IMG/VR virus record: IMGVR_UViG_3300048838_001273
Coordinates: 1 to 64,000 of that record
DNA from: a virus
Length of the DNA stretch: 64,000 bases
Strand: one strand, 5' to 3'
Part shown: positions 10,119-20,068 of the stretch, one piece after another
How the letters are laid out: each line of letters opens with the position of its first letter
Numbering within the stretch: the stretch's first letter is position 1
The notes under the pieces: model-generated
Told to the model about the DNA's origin: nothing
The model's input: the letters and a program-made list of their open reading frames with translations, nothing else
Database searches by the model: none
Program-made: the position numbers and the translations under genes

Positions 10119-13100
10119 TTATTGCTTTAAATTAATTCTACCTTCATTTAATATATCTCTATCATTAATAATCCAATACATTTCCTGAATTAATCTTGTG
10201 TCGTGCGAGAAATCCTCGTAGTTATTCTGCAAGAATTCAAGAATTGATGCTTTACTGACATCCCGGTATGCTGGTTTACCATTTTGATTATTCCATTCAT
10301 CATATTTTTCAACAAAAAAATGAATATCTACTTCACGTCCATTAATATTCCAAGTATAGGGTTTTTGAAAATCCCCTCTATACCCCATATATTCTTTTAA
10401 ATAATTATAATAAACGTGACCGCCTTTTAAAAATTGTGGGGCATAATCAAACTTTGGTGAGTCAACAATCTCATCATTAATTTCCTTATTTATAATTCCC
10501 AGATATCCCGTTAACCAGTCTTTTCTGTCTGGACTTAATGGTGTTACTTCAATATGTTTATTCGTTTCTCTATCATACACCCACCAGTGTTCGACAAATG
10601 ATGTGCCATATTGTATCATATATCCACCAACCGGATAATATTTTTCGGGATATGTTTTTACCATATTATAAGCATTTCTTTCACATTGTCCAGCAACACC
10701 CATTGGATTATATGTTACAGAATCTCTATCAAGATATTCAAATCCCTTTGAAATTGCCTTATCAAATATTTCCTGCTTCTGTTGATTGAACTGTAATTCA
10801 GCACTTTCAGTCAATTTTGATTTACTTCCACCCGCCAAACTTAATAATTCTTCTTTATTATTCCTAATTTTACCAGCATAAATCTTCAACAGCATTGATT
10901 TTAATGTATCACCAATCTCTTTACCCTGTAGTCCCAATGCCATTAAATCATTGCCATTAACAGCTAACTCACCCAATGTTTTTGGATATTTACCTTCCAG
11001 TAATTCCTGTGCTGCGGTTTCGATTACAGTAGGTAATATTTTACTCTGCAACGATTGCTGCGAAGTCACATACATGTTGTGCGCAATAGACCTTGCCTCA
11101 ATCGCACTCACGCTTTCAGCACCATCAAATGCCATGTCAAGTGCCTTAATTTCCTTATAGGTATCAATGTCACCCTTTAAATTATTTTTATAATAGTCTG
11201 CAGGATTCGGTAATAACCTAATTAATAAGAAAATAAACTCACCCATTGTCTGAACATCATCAAAGGGACTTCTATCAATGGTTGATTGTTTAATGTCAAA
11301 CCCAAAAATCTGATTGAATAATCCAGTGTTTTTTAATAGTTGAGCACCTGTCAACATATTACCCTTTTTGACAATTTTATCAAATTCTGTCAAAATTCTT
11401 TCAGCAGGTATTTCTTTAATTCTACTTGCGTTCTCCTGAATCATTTTCATTGTAACAGGTTCAATAGTAAAACCAAAACGACTTGCGAATTGAACTGCAC
11501 GCAGCATACGCAACGGGTCATCACTAAACGCTTCCGGGTTGACTATACGAATAATTTTATCCTTTAAATCCTGTTGTCCACCATAAGGGTCAACAATATT
11601 ACCATTAACATCTTTTGCAATAGCATTAATGGTAAAATCTCTGCGTTCCAAATCTTTCTCAATTGGTAATGCATGGTCTGAACTTACTTCAAAACCCTTA
11701 TGACCACCATCTCCGGTAGGTTTTTCGGTTCTTGGAATTGCGATATCAATTTCTTCACTCGAACCCTTTGACTTGAATTTTAATATACCAAACGATTTAC
11801 CGACTGCATCAACACGACCGTATTGACTGAGAATTTGTTCCAGTTCATCCATTGAAATACCAGTGATAAGTACATCCAAATCCTTAGATTCTTTACCCAA
11901 GAATTCATCACGAACAGCACCACCAACGCTGAATATTTTACCCCCACGTTTTTCAACTTCAGGTTTAAATGGTAATTGTTCTAATGACATTATTTGTGCT
12001 TCGTTCATATTTTCTCTATTATTGTGAACTTGTTTCCATATACATCTGTGAAATTCGTCATATCCCAATTCCCCACCTAATTTAATAATTGGGTTTGATT
12101 TTATTTCCAAATTGATTTTCAACGGCAAATTTAATACTTTTGCAGCATAAAACCTATGGTGTCCGTCCTCAATATAGAAATTTTTTCCATCGAAAGACAC
12201 ATCTATCGGTTCTTCGAGACTCACCTTTTCAGCATATTGTCTGTCAGTCAATCCTTTATGCTTAATTTCATATTTAACATTTTCGAAATCATCTTTCCAT
12301 TTAATTGAAAGTTTATCCGGTGTTATAGATTTTAATGTGTCTTCATTAAATCCAAAAGCAGCCATATCCAACATGTCTGTTGGAATTCCACCGCTTCTTA
12401 AAAGTTTTTCATCTGAATCGAAACCAGCAACATAATTTTTTATTTCATCTGTTATTCGTATTTCATGACAAGCTGGTTTCTGATTTTCCGTTAAGTTTTT
12501 TTTCTTTTTAATTAAAATCTCTTTATTATCTACGGTATATTCATATCCATTTGGTATGTTTTTTATCACGTATTGTAGATACAATGAAAACCTTCTTTTA
12601 TCATCAACACTTTTAGTTTTAGTGGGTTCAATAACAACAATATCGGGATTTTTTTCAGCAAAAAACTGCCTGATTAATTTTATTATCGTACCCATTACTT
12701 TATACATTCTGCCTTTATTCACAACAGCAATATAAACCTGTGCTGGATTTTTATAATCCAAAATACCGAAATCTATTCTCCACATATTTTCTGTTTCATC
12801 TCTCACGAATTCCAGAAAATATTCATCATTGTCTTCAGTTGTAAATTTGTATATTTTAACCAATTCATCGTCTCTTTCAGTCGTGACCTGATAATCACCA
12901 ATGTTTCCTTCACCCACCTCATTTATTGATTCAGCGAAGTCTTCATAATCTTCAGGTGATTTTTCTGGTATAACAGGAACTTTACTTCCATACTTTCTAC
13001 GAACATATTCGTCAATTGTTGCTTCTCTATATCCTAACAATCCACCTATTTCTCTTGCTTCTTCAGGAGTTTTATCGCTTAGATACCCACCATGACTTTT

Positions 13101-16100
13101 AGCAATTGCGTATAGTCTTTCACCTTTTACTTTATCTCTGAAAACAACACACATCATTGAAGACCGGGATGCCATTCTTACAGGTAAAATTTGTAATCCG
13201 TGTTTTTGAATTTTACCTGCATTATCTTTATTAACCTCAATAAATGCAACATCTCTTTTACCGGACAATAGTGTTTTTAATGCGCCTTGGTCTGTATATG
13301 CTTCGCTTGCATCGATTTCTTCACTTAACATCGAATTACTCCATTGTTTAGTCAAAATTAGATAACCACCATCACCGTCTTCGCCAATAACTTCACCACT
13401 TATATCAAATTCTTCTATATCTGAAAAATCTGGTTCTTCTGAATATCTTTTAGCGTCTTCAAATGTTTTTGTTACCCAGACTATATCACGAGCATTATAC
13501 TTATCTAACTCCTTGAGCATTTCATCACTTATATGTTCGAAATCCCCAACATTTCCTAACTCATCACGCTCAAATCTCACCACATCACCAGCAGTAGTAC
13601 CACGACTATTGGTATAATTAGAATTAACACGATATCCTTTTCCAGAATATGTTTCTTCATTTAATTTCGTACTTTTTGGTAACCTATACATTAACTGCAT
13701 TGTCTGGAAATCCTTGTTCTTGCCTTTATTCATTACGAACCCCAAAGAACCATACCATGCCTTTAACTTAGCTACGCTTGCACCCCAAACATTATCAGGT
13801 GTTAATGTAATAATTAAATTATTATTATCGGCATATTCCAATATTATATTCATGGCAGCATTGGCGTAACCTTTGCCTCTGAAATTCTTGTCAATTATAA
13901 TCTTATCAATTGCAATATAGTGGTTATTCCCCTGTATGCCTCTATCTACAATACCTACACTACCAACAACCTGACCATCATTTGTTATCTGAAAAGAATC
14001 ATATCCAGAAAGTTTAGTCGGAATGTTAATTTTAACTTCCTCACTAATTGAACCAAATTTCAAATTATTAATATCGCCTTGATTACAAGCAACACTGGTA
14101 TTACCCAGACCACCTAATCTACACTTTTTTTTTACTTCTACAGATTGTGCTCCCGGCATATATGATTTCTTCCTGTCTTCATTATACATTGCAGAATTAG
14201 CACCAACATTATTTTCTATTGATGGTGATGTATCGTTTTGATTATATGCAGGAAATCCATCTTGACCCAAATCGCTGTCTGTTGAGAATTTAGAACTACC
14301 ATCTTCTGTTACTTCTATTTTCTCAAGGTTCTTTGGTTGTAAAAAACCATTTCCAAATCCCACATCAAAGAAACCCAAAGCACCGTTCTTTTTGTAACCT
14401 AAATTGCTGTGATTTAAGTAATCCATGCTTTGTATACCATATGATTTCGTTTCTTCTGCGATTCGAAGTAAACCACCAAAAAACTCAGCATCCTGTGAAT
14501 TCTTTTTAAAGTATGAATCTATTTTGTTTTTATCTACTTTTGGATTATCCCACTCACCGAGATAGTGTTCAATCACATCTGGAATACTAAGACCCAATAT
14601 TTTTTCAAATGCAAAATCTAATCTTTTATATAGTCTTTCAATGTTTGGGTCAGTATCTAACTTCTCCAAGATAATTGCATATGTTTTAGGTATTGTAGTG
14701 TTTGTCTTAGCTTCAATTTCATAGACTTTATATGGCTGCGCAATATATTTTAAAGGTATACCTATAAGCATTAAATTTTCTGCTGCCTCACTATTATCTT
14801 TAGTGATTTTTAGTACTTTATCGTTACCGATATCATAAGCAACACCAAAATTACCACCCTTCATTGGTGTGACGTTTATATTTAACTTAGCTGCAACTTG
14901 ATTGGCAATTCTGTCCGCAAGATTTCTATCATAGTCTTCAGAAATCTGACTCTCTTCTAATCTAATAATATTATCTCCAATGTTTGGTTCTTCTGCCTTA
15001 TAACCACCGATATCGAAATACGTCAATACTCCGTCTTTATATCCAAGATTTCCAATTGTTATATAATCAGTAGACCTTATATCATAATCAAGTAGTTCTT
15101 GTCTTATATTTAATATTCCAAGAAGATAATTAAATGCATATTTTCTATCTATTTCATCTACATTTGCTTTCGGGTTTTCCGTTAACACAAGTTTAGCTAT
15201 CTCCAACGCTTCATCATAATTAAATCTTGTGGCTTTTTTTATATAGATTAATATATCTTCATATGTCATGCCGTTTGGCATTATGTTGGTTATGTCATTC
15301 TGATATTTTCTTATTTTTTCAAGAGGCTTGTCTTTTATATTTTCTTGAATTATTGCATAATATGCAACATTTTTTTCGGTATCGACAACCTTATATATTG
15401 CAAATGTTTGTGCAAGATATTTAGGATTACCACGCATTAGTTTTAACGAAGAATCTGCTTCACTTATGTCTGAAGTTATTTTTATTATTCTTTCATTATC
15501 TAACTCAAACGCAAATCCATATCCACCACCACCCATGTATGTTGGTTTAGGTAATTTTAAATATTCTGCTGCACTATCCGCTAATTCTTGGGCATAGGCT
15601 CTATCGTCCAAACTAAATGGTTTAACGTTTGGGTCGGGTTTTTCTTGTTCAACAATACTATATTCATCTAAATCAATTGGGTCTCTATCATAAACTTTTT
15701 GTTGAATAAGGTATTCTTGTAATTTTAATAGATTTTTATAGAATTTTTTATTATCATCTACACGATTCAACACTTCCTTTAAGTTATTTACTGTATCGTG
15801 GAAATTATCTAAAAGATTCGGAATACCAGAAATCGGTTTTTGTGGATATTTATCCCTGTTTAAGACGAAATTTATAAATTCTTCATTAACCATTCCATCA
15901 CCGTCACCAACACCATAAGGTGTTAATGCCCACATTCCCTGACGAATAACTGTTGTATCTCCTATATCTGAAAGTATGTCATCATTACCATGTAAATTAT
16001 TGTAGATTTCATATACTCTATATTTTTCCTTACGTTGTGGATTATAATGTGTATCATATACCTCATCGTTTAATCCATAGTCAGTAAGAACAATAGTGGG

Positions 16101-16643
16101 TTGACCATTACGTAAAACTTCACCATATGAACTTGGTCTGCCGAAATCTCCGGGTGATTGATTATAGTTATGCATGAGATTTTGTAAATCTTGTGCAAAT
16201 TCATTCTCGTAAAAAAATTCAACGGTTTCAGGTTTTTGTCCAAATATTGCTCTCTTACCTTTATTCTGTTCATAATCATTTCTGAGATAATAGTACAAAT
16301 CGTTTAAACTCGGAATTCCGGTTAACTCTTTAATTCTTTTTTCAGTAACCTTTTTACCTTTTTCCGCAACAATCCAAGCACCATCATTATCAAATTCAAA
16401 TATTTTAGTTACAATATCGTGTGTATCTTGATATCTACCAACATCAGATTCTGCATCATTTTGTGCTGCACCCTTTGTGTTTTTAGCTATTTTAAACACC
16501 TTTTCGCCATCAATGTCATAGACAATTCTACCACTACCACTACCTATTCTCTGTAAATATTGGTCGGCAAATTTAATTTTACCAGCGAAAGATTTGATTT
16601 CTTCGAATTGGTCTAAGAAATTTAAAAACTCATCGTATGTCAT
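10119..16643 (-). CDS. Giant multidomain (polyvalent) protein: three kinase-like domains, GNAT, possible ART-like, ParB-like, CCA-adding/tRNA nucleotidyltransferase, C-terminal Cys-His (transglutaminase-like) domain
   Basis: Kinase-like GxGxxG..K..DxG x3 (~14350-16550); GNAT 'FRGKGYA...WYGSLGF' (~13680-14010); 'IEDGHHR' (~12150); class II nucleotidyltransferase 'VGGAVRD..DLD', 'DLERRDFTINA', 'DDPLRMLRAVQF' (~10840-11995); 'CERNA...HWWV' (~10400-10790). Confidence 0.85.
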   Translation of the reverse strand: MTYDEFLNFLDQFEEIKSFAGKIKFADQYLQRIGSGSGRIVYDIDGEKVFKIAKNTKGAAQNDAESDVGRYQDTHDIVTKIFEFDNDGAWIVAEKGKKVTEKRIKELTGIPSLNDLYYYLRNDYEQNKGKRAIFGQKPETVEFFYENEFAQDLQNLMHNYNQSPGDFGRPSSYGEVLRNGQPTIVLTDYGLNDEVYDTHYNPQRKEKYRVYEIYNNLHGNDDILSDIGDTTVIRQGMWALTPYGVGDGDGMVNEEFINFVLNRDKYPQKPISGIPNLLDNFHDTVNNLKEVLNRVDDNKKFYKNLLKLQEYLIQQKVYDRDPIDLDEYSIVEQEKPDPNVKPFSLDDRAYAQELADSAAEYLKLPKPTYMGGGGYGFAFELDNERIIKITSDISEADSSLKLMRGNPKYLAQTFAIYKVVDTEKNVAYYAIIQENIKDKPLEKIRKYQNDITNIMPNGMTYEDILIYIKKATRFNYDEALEIAKLVLTENPKANVDEIDRKYAFNYLLGILNIRQELLDYDIRSTDYITIGNLGYKDGVLTYFDIGGYKAEEPNIGDNIIRLEESQISEDYDRNLADRIANQVAAKLNINVTPMKGGNFGVAYDIGNDKVLKITKDNSEAAENLMLIGIPLKYIAQPYKVYEIEAKTNTTIPKTYAIILEKLDTDPNIERLYKRLDFAFEKILGLSIPDVIEHYLGEWDNPKVDKNKIDSYFKKNSQDAEFFGGLLRIAEETKSYGIQSMDYLNHSNLGYKKNGALGFFDVGFGNGFLQPKNLEKIEVTEDGSSKFSTDSDLGQDGFPAYNQNDTSPSIENNVGANSAMYNEDRKKSYMPGAQSVEVKKKCRLGGLGNTSVACNQGDINNLKFGSISEEVKINIPTKLSGYDSFQITNDGQVVGSVGIVDRGIQGNNHYIAIDKIIIDKNFRGKGYANAAMNIILEYADNNNLIITLTPDNVWGASVAKLKAWYGSLGFVMNKGKNKDFQTMQLMYRLPKSTKLNEETYSGKGYRVNSNYTNSRGTTAGDVVRFERDELGNVGDFEHISDEMLKELDKYNARDIVWVTKTFEDAKRYSEEPDFSDIEEFDISGEVIGEDGDGGYLILTKQWSNSMLSEEIDASEAYTDQGALKTLLSGKRDVAFIEVNKDNAGKIQKHGLQILPVRMASRSSMMCVVFRDKVKGERLYAIAKSHGGYLSDKTPEEAREIGGLLGYREATIDEYVRRKYGSKVPVIPEKSPEDYEDFAESINEVGEGNIGDYQVTTERDDELVKIYKFTTEDNDEYFLEFVRDETENMWRIDFGILDYKNPAQVYIAVVNKGRMYKVMGTIIKLIRQFFAEKNPDIVVIEPTKTKSVDDKRRFSLYLQYVIKNIPNGYEYTVDNKEILIKKKKNLTENQKPACHEIRITDEIKNYVAGFDSDEKLLRSGGIPTDMLDMAAFGFNEDTLKSITPDKLSIKWKDDFENVKYEIKHKGLTDRQYAEKVSLEEPIDVSFDGKNFYIEDGHHRFYAAKVLNLPLKINLEIKSNPIIKLGGELGYDEFHRCIWKQVHNNRENMNEAQIMSLEQLPFKPEVEKRGGKIFSVGGAVRDEFLGKESKDLDVLITGISMDELEQILSQYGRVDAVGKSFGILKFKSKGSSEEIDIAIPRTEKPTGDGGHKGFEVSSDHALPIEKDLERRDFTINAIAKDVNGNIVDPYGGQQDLKDKIIRIVNPEAFSDDPLRMLRAVQFASRFGFTIEPVTMKMIQENASRIKEIPAERILTEFDKIVKKGNMLTGAQLLKNTGLFNQIFGFDIKQSTIDRSPFDDVQTMGEFIFLLIRLLPNPADYYKNNLKGDIDTYKEIKALDMAFDGAESVSAIEARSIAHNMYVTSQQSLQSKILPTVIETAAQELLEGKYPKTLGELAVNGNDLMALGLQGKEIGDTLKSMLLKIYAGKIRNNKEELLSLAGGSKSKLTESAELQFNQQKQEIFDKAISKGFEYLDRDSVTYNPMGVAGQCERNAYNMVKTYPEKYYPVGGYMIQYGTSFVEHWWVYDRETNKHIEVTPLSPDRKDWLTGYLGIINKEINDEIVDSPKFDYAPQFLKGGHVYYNYLKEYMGYRGDFQKPYTWNINGREVDIHFFVEKYDEWNNQNGKPAYRDVSKASILEFLQNNYEDFSHDTRLIQEMYWIINDRDILNEGRINLKQ

Positions 16644-16696
16644 GTGTTAAATTATAGTATATCCATAAATACAAACTTAGTAATAAAAACATTAAG

Positions 16697-16725
16697 AAAA
16701 AAAGCGCAATTGTTATTGCGCTTTT
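16697..16725 (-). terminator. Intrinsic terminator
   Basis: AAAAGCGCAAT/ATTGCGCTTTT inverted repeat overlapping the stop codon of 16713..17408. Confidence 0.6.
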
Positions 16726-17408
16726 GCTTTGTTTTTTTGCTGTATTTCTCGAATGGTTTCTATAACCACAGTTTTTATCATTTCTCGATTTTCTTTGAGC
16801 ACTTCCTTAATACGCTCAACAGCATACATTTCAATAATAGTGTCTTTAATTGCTTCTTCGAAGATAGGTCCTAAATTTTCACTTAAATAACCATTAACGA
16901 TTTTTTTAACATTCTCAACCAAAACGCCTTCATTGATTGTTGAAAGACCACCAGTAGCTGGAGGTGTGGTTAATAATTTTTGACCATTATAATCAACATA
17001 ATTACCTTGATTTGTTCTTGGCTGTGCACCAGTGAAACCTTCAATAGATTCTGCTAATGTTTGTTTTCTTTTTCTTTCGATATCAACAAATAATTGCTCG
17101 TCTCTTTCCGGTGACATATCAATGGGTTCGGTTCTATGTACTGGTTGTTGCACCGGGGCAACAGGCTTTACATCATGTCTTGCAACCTCACCTTTACGCA
17201 ATGCAGCTTTATTATCAACAGTCTTAACTAAATTGCTTGATGCAGTATCCCTACCAGTATTCAAAGATTCAATCAATCCATTTAAAAATGTATCTCGTGG
17301 TGCAAGATTACCACCAACTTTTTCACCGAATGGTGATTGTACCATATTTTTTTCTCTTTTACGAGATTCAATTTCACTTTTTATTTTACTTAAATCTGGT
17401 TTTGCCAT
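16713..17408 (-). CDS. Hypothetical protein (candidate head/core protein)
   Basis: 231 aa, several L/I-x-E motifs, GTATTTATA upstream. Confidence 0.6.
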   Translation of the reverse strand: MAKPDLSKIKSEIESRKREKNMVQSPFGEKVGGNLAPRDTFLNGLIESLNTGRDTASSNLVKTVDNKAALRKGEVARHDVKPVAPVQQPVHRTEPIDMSPERDEQLFVDIERKRKQTLAESIEGFTGAQPRTNQGNYVDYNGQKLLTTPPATGGLSTINEGVLVENVKKIVNGYLSENLGPIFEEAIKDTIIEMYAVERIKEVLKENREMIKTVVIETIREIQQKNKAKAQ

Positions 17409-17443
17409 TTTTATAAAATTTTATTGTTTTTTATAAATACTTC

Positions 17444-18343
17444 CTATTTAAAAAAAGGTTTCTTTTCTTCTGAGTTTTTTTCGTTTCTTTCTTGTTCAAG
17501 TTTTTCTCTTGTTTGCCTGATGAATCTATCTTCTTCAGGTTTACTGGATTTTGCAGGTGCAACCAATTTATCGTATAAACTACTCAAATTACCAACAATT
17601 GATTCGGGTGGTACTTTATGTTTGTTTGTTGCCGGAATTACTTCAAATTCATTTTTCTTATTGATTGCAACAAGATAATTGTTTGGTTTTTTCTTCCACA
17701 TGCCCTTAACAATATTATGCAATTTCTGAATATCTGCTGCAGTTTCTTTTCTATTTGCCTTATTTGCGTTATAAAACCTCTGCCACTTATCTGTTTGTGT
17801 GTCAAATGCCGAAACCTTCCGTGCAACAACATCTGGTTCACCAGCACCACCTGTTTTGGCTTTCAATGGTGGAGTGGTTCTTGAAACATATGCAATTATA
17901 CCACCACCCATTTGTTTGTCAGAACCTTCTTTATATTTCGCTGGAATTATTACATGACCTTCTTCATCCACAAATTTTCTTCCAGTAGGATATACGTTTG
18001 ATATTCTATCTACACGAAATAATCTCCATCCCGGTTTTTCTTTACCATCCAAATCATCTGTCCAGTACTCATGTTCGTTTCTTCCACCTCCCATTCGATA
18101 AGAAACACTTTTATAATTATCTTGCCATGCCCTTAATACCTTATTGCCTTCACTTGTTGTACCCAAAACATAAGGACGTATTGTTCTATTACCTGCTTGT
18201 ATACCATTATCACCAGTATAGTAGATATTTATATACTCGTGGTTCTGAATGGCATCAATAAGGTCATTATCTCCGACACCTTCTTTTAAAAGGTTACGAA
18301 AATTTTTGATATTATCGAACAATATTTTGGCTTCAGCTAACAT
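17444..18343 (-). CDS. WYL-domain-like protein
   Basis: 'RTIRPYVLG...VLRAWQ...GWRLFRVDRI' WYL signature; no HTH. Confidence 0.7.
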   Translation of the reverse strand: MLAEAKILFDNIKNFRNLLKEGVGDNDLIDAIQNHEYINIYYTGDNGIQAGNRTIRPYVLGTTSEGNKVLRAWQDNYKSVSYRMGGGRNEHEYWTDDLDGKEKPGWRLFRVDRISNVYPTGRKFVDEEGHVIIPAKYKEGSDKQMGGGIIAYVSRTTPPLKAKTGGAGEPDVVARKVSAFDTQTDKWQRFYNANKANRKETAADIQKLHNIVKGMWKKKPNNYLVAINKKNEFEVIPATNKHKVPPESIVGNLSSLYDKLVAPAKSSKPEEDRFIRQTREKLEQERNEKNSEEKKPFFK

Positions 18344-18582
18344 TATGCAGTAGCATCGTTATATTCTCGGTTTTTGTTGTACCTGTTTTTTGTCATCGAA
18401 GTTTCTCTCGACTTAATATCAGTAGTACCACCAACCTGATTTTCTAACTCTCCCTTACCTTTTTCGTCTCCATTTGATAATGCATTTGAGTGACCAACAT
18501 TATATTGGTCATTGTTATCATATGAATTTCTGGCAACATTTTGTTTTCTGAATGCCACGCTTTTTTCTTCTAATCTGCTCAT
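18343..18582 (-). CDS. Small hypothetical protein
   Basis: 79 aa, coupled to the WYL gene, GTATTTATA upstream. Confidence 0.6.
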   Translation of the reverse strand: MSRLEEKSVAFRKQNVARNSYDNNDQYNVGHSNALSNGDEKGKGELENQVGGTTDIKSRETSMTKNRYNKNREYNDATA

Positions 18583-18625
18583 TTTTCTGTTTTTAATTGA
18601 TTATTGTTATTTTTATAAATACAAA

Positions 18626-19408
18626 TTAATCGTATTTTTTAAATGTCAAAGTAATATATTCTATAAGATGCGGAACAATATCAAGAAATTCCATTTCACT
18701 AACATCATACCAGCCATAGTTTGAATTTTCCTCATTTAATGTAATTTCTGTTGACTCACCATCAAATCTGCAAGCAAATATTGTTTCTTCACTATCTTTA
18801 TGTCTTTGAATTGTCAAAATATTTGTGACTTTATTAATTTCCAATCCAGTTTCTTCCATAATCTCACGCTTAACAGCTTCTTCCGGTTTTTCGCCCTTAT
18901 CAATCGCACCACCAACAAGTGCCCATTTATTAGGCATCCACTGGTCTTTAAAATCCGAACGCTTTAATAAAAGAATTTTATTGTCATCATTAACTATAAC
19001 AGCAACAACATTTTGTTTTAATTCCTTTTTTTTCTCACTCTCATTTAAATCTGGTGCAGCACTATATGGTTTTAGTTCTGAATTTGGATTGGTTTTCACA
19101 TCACGCCTTACCTGTTTTGACCTCCGAACACCTGCTCTATCCTGATTCAATGTGGTTTCAATGAATGCTTTCATCGGTTGACCACCAGCAAGTGCGTATT
19201 GCATCTTGTCGTCAGTTTCCGGGTTGAAATAATCAAAGAAATTCTTCAACCTCTTTAGTGCCTGATAGGTCAAATAACCGTTTTTAAGCATGAATTTGGC
19301 TCGTTTAACGCCTTCTCCATGTGGACTGGATACCAAGGTTGCCTGAATACCTCTTAGTACATCTGAAGGTATCTTATACGTTTTATTATATAGTTCTTGA
19401 TTTGCCAT
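18626..19408 (-). CDS. NUDIX hydrolase with uncharacterised N-terminal domain
   Basis: Intact Nudix box 'GAIDKGEKPEEAVKREIMEETGL'. Confidence 0.85.
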   Translation of the reverse strand: MANQELYNKTYKIPSDVLRGIQATLVSSPHGEGVKRAKFMLKNGYLTYQALKRLKNFFDYFNPETDDKMQYALAGGQPMKAFIETTLNQDRAGVRRSKQVRRDVKTNPNSELKPYSAAPDLNESEKKKELKQNVVAVIVNDDNKILLLKRSDFKDQWMPNKWALVGGAIDKGEKPEEAVKREIMEETGLEINKVTNILTIQRHKDSEETIFACRFDGESTEITLNEENSNYGWYDVSEMEFLDIVPHLIEYITLTFKKYD

Positions 19409-20034
19409 TACTTTCTTTCCAAAAGATTAATTAGTTTATCAATGTCCTTCTTTTCTAACTTATTAATTAGACCAGCAATTTTTTCAATTTTCTTTTCTCT
19501 CACCTCATTGCTGTCAGACTTATTTGTAATTTCATCTTCCTTCTTATCAACCAATTTCTCTTCAATCACCTTGGCTTCATCAATATTCTCCGGTTCTTGA
19601 AACGCATTTTCAAAATGTTTTTCAACTGTTTTTACAACCTTTTTCGCCCAATCAAAATCGATTTTCTTTTTATCTTCCGGTTGAGTATTAAAATCATGTT
19701 CATTATGTAATCTAAAATCGGATTTTAATTTATTCGGATTTCTGTAATAGTATTCCAAGGTCTCCATGTATTTGTCATACATGAGTTTTGCCAAATCATT
19801 TAATAATTCAGATTGTCCTTGATTTTCCTTACCTTCGAAAAACGGTAATAATGTGAATCCAAAACGACCAAGCATGTCATACCTAAATGGTTGCGCACCA
19901 ACCTTAACATTATAGTCAGTAGTATTATTTGCTTGTGACTCTAAATCACTTCCAGATGTTGGTGTGTCGTCTTTCCCAATTAATTCTCCATTAGCATCAA
20001 TTATTTCGAAAAGTTCCCTCTTTTTTATTTTCAT
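19408..20034 (-). CDS. Hypothetical protein
   Basis: 208-aa ORF, GTATTTATA upstream. Confidence 0.65.
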   Translation of the reverse strand: MKIKKRELFEIIDANGELIGKDDTPTSGSDLESQANNTTDYNVKVGAQPFRYDMLGRFGFTLLPFFEGKENQGQSELLNDLAKLMYDKYMETLEYYYRNPNKLKSDFRLHNEHDFNTQPEDKKKIDFDWAKKVVKTVEKHFENAFQEPENIDEAKVIEEKLVDKKEDEITNKSDSNEVREKKIEKIAGLINKLEKKDIDKLINLLERK

Positions 20035-20068
20035 GACAATATGTTTTCATATAAATACTAATTCGTTA

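Noticed and set aside
13340-13655. ADP-ribosyltransferase domain within the giant protein ('YR...VWVT....A.RY')
   Set aside because: The motif resemblance is too weak to call without a profile or structure search; noted only as possible
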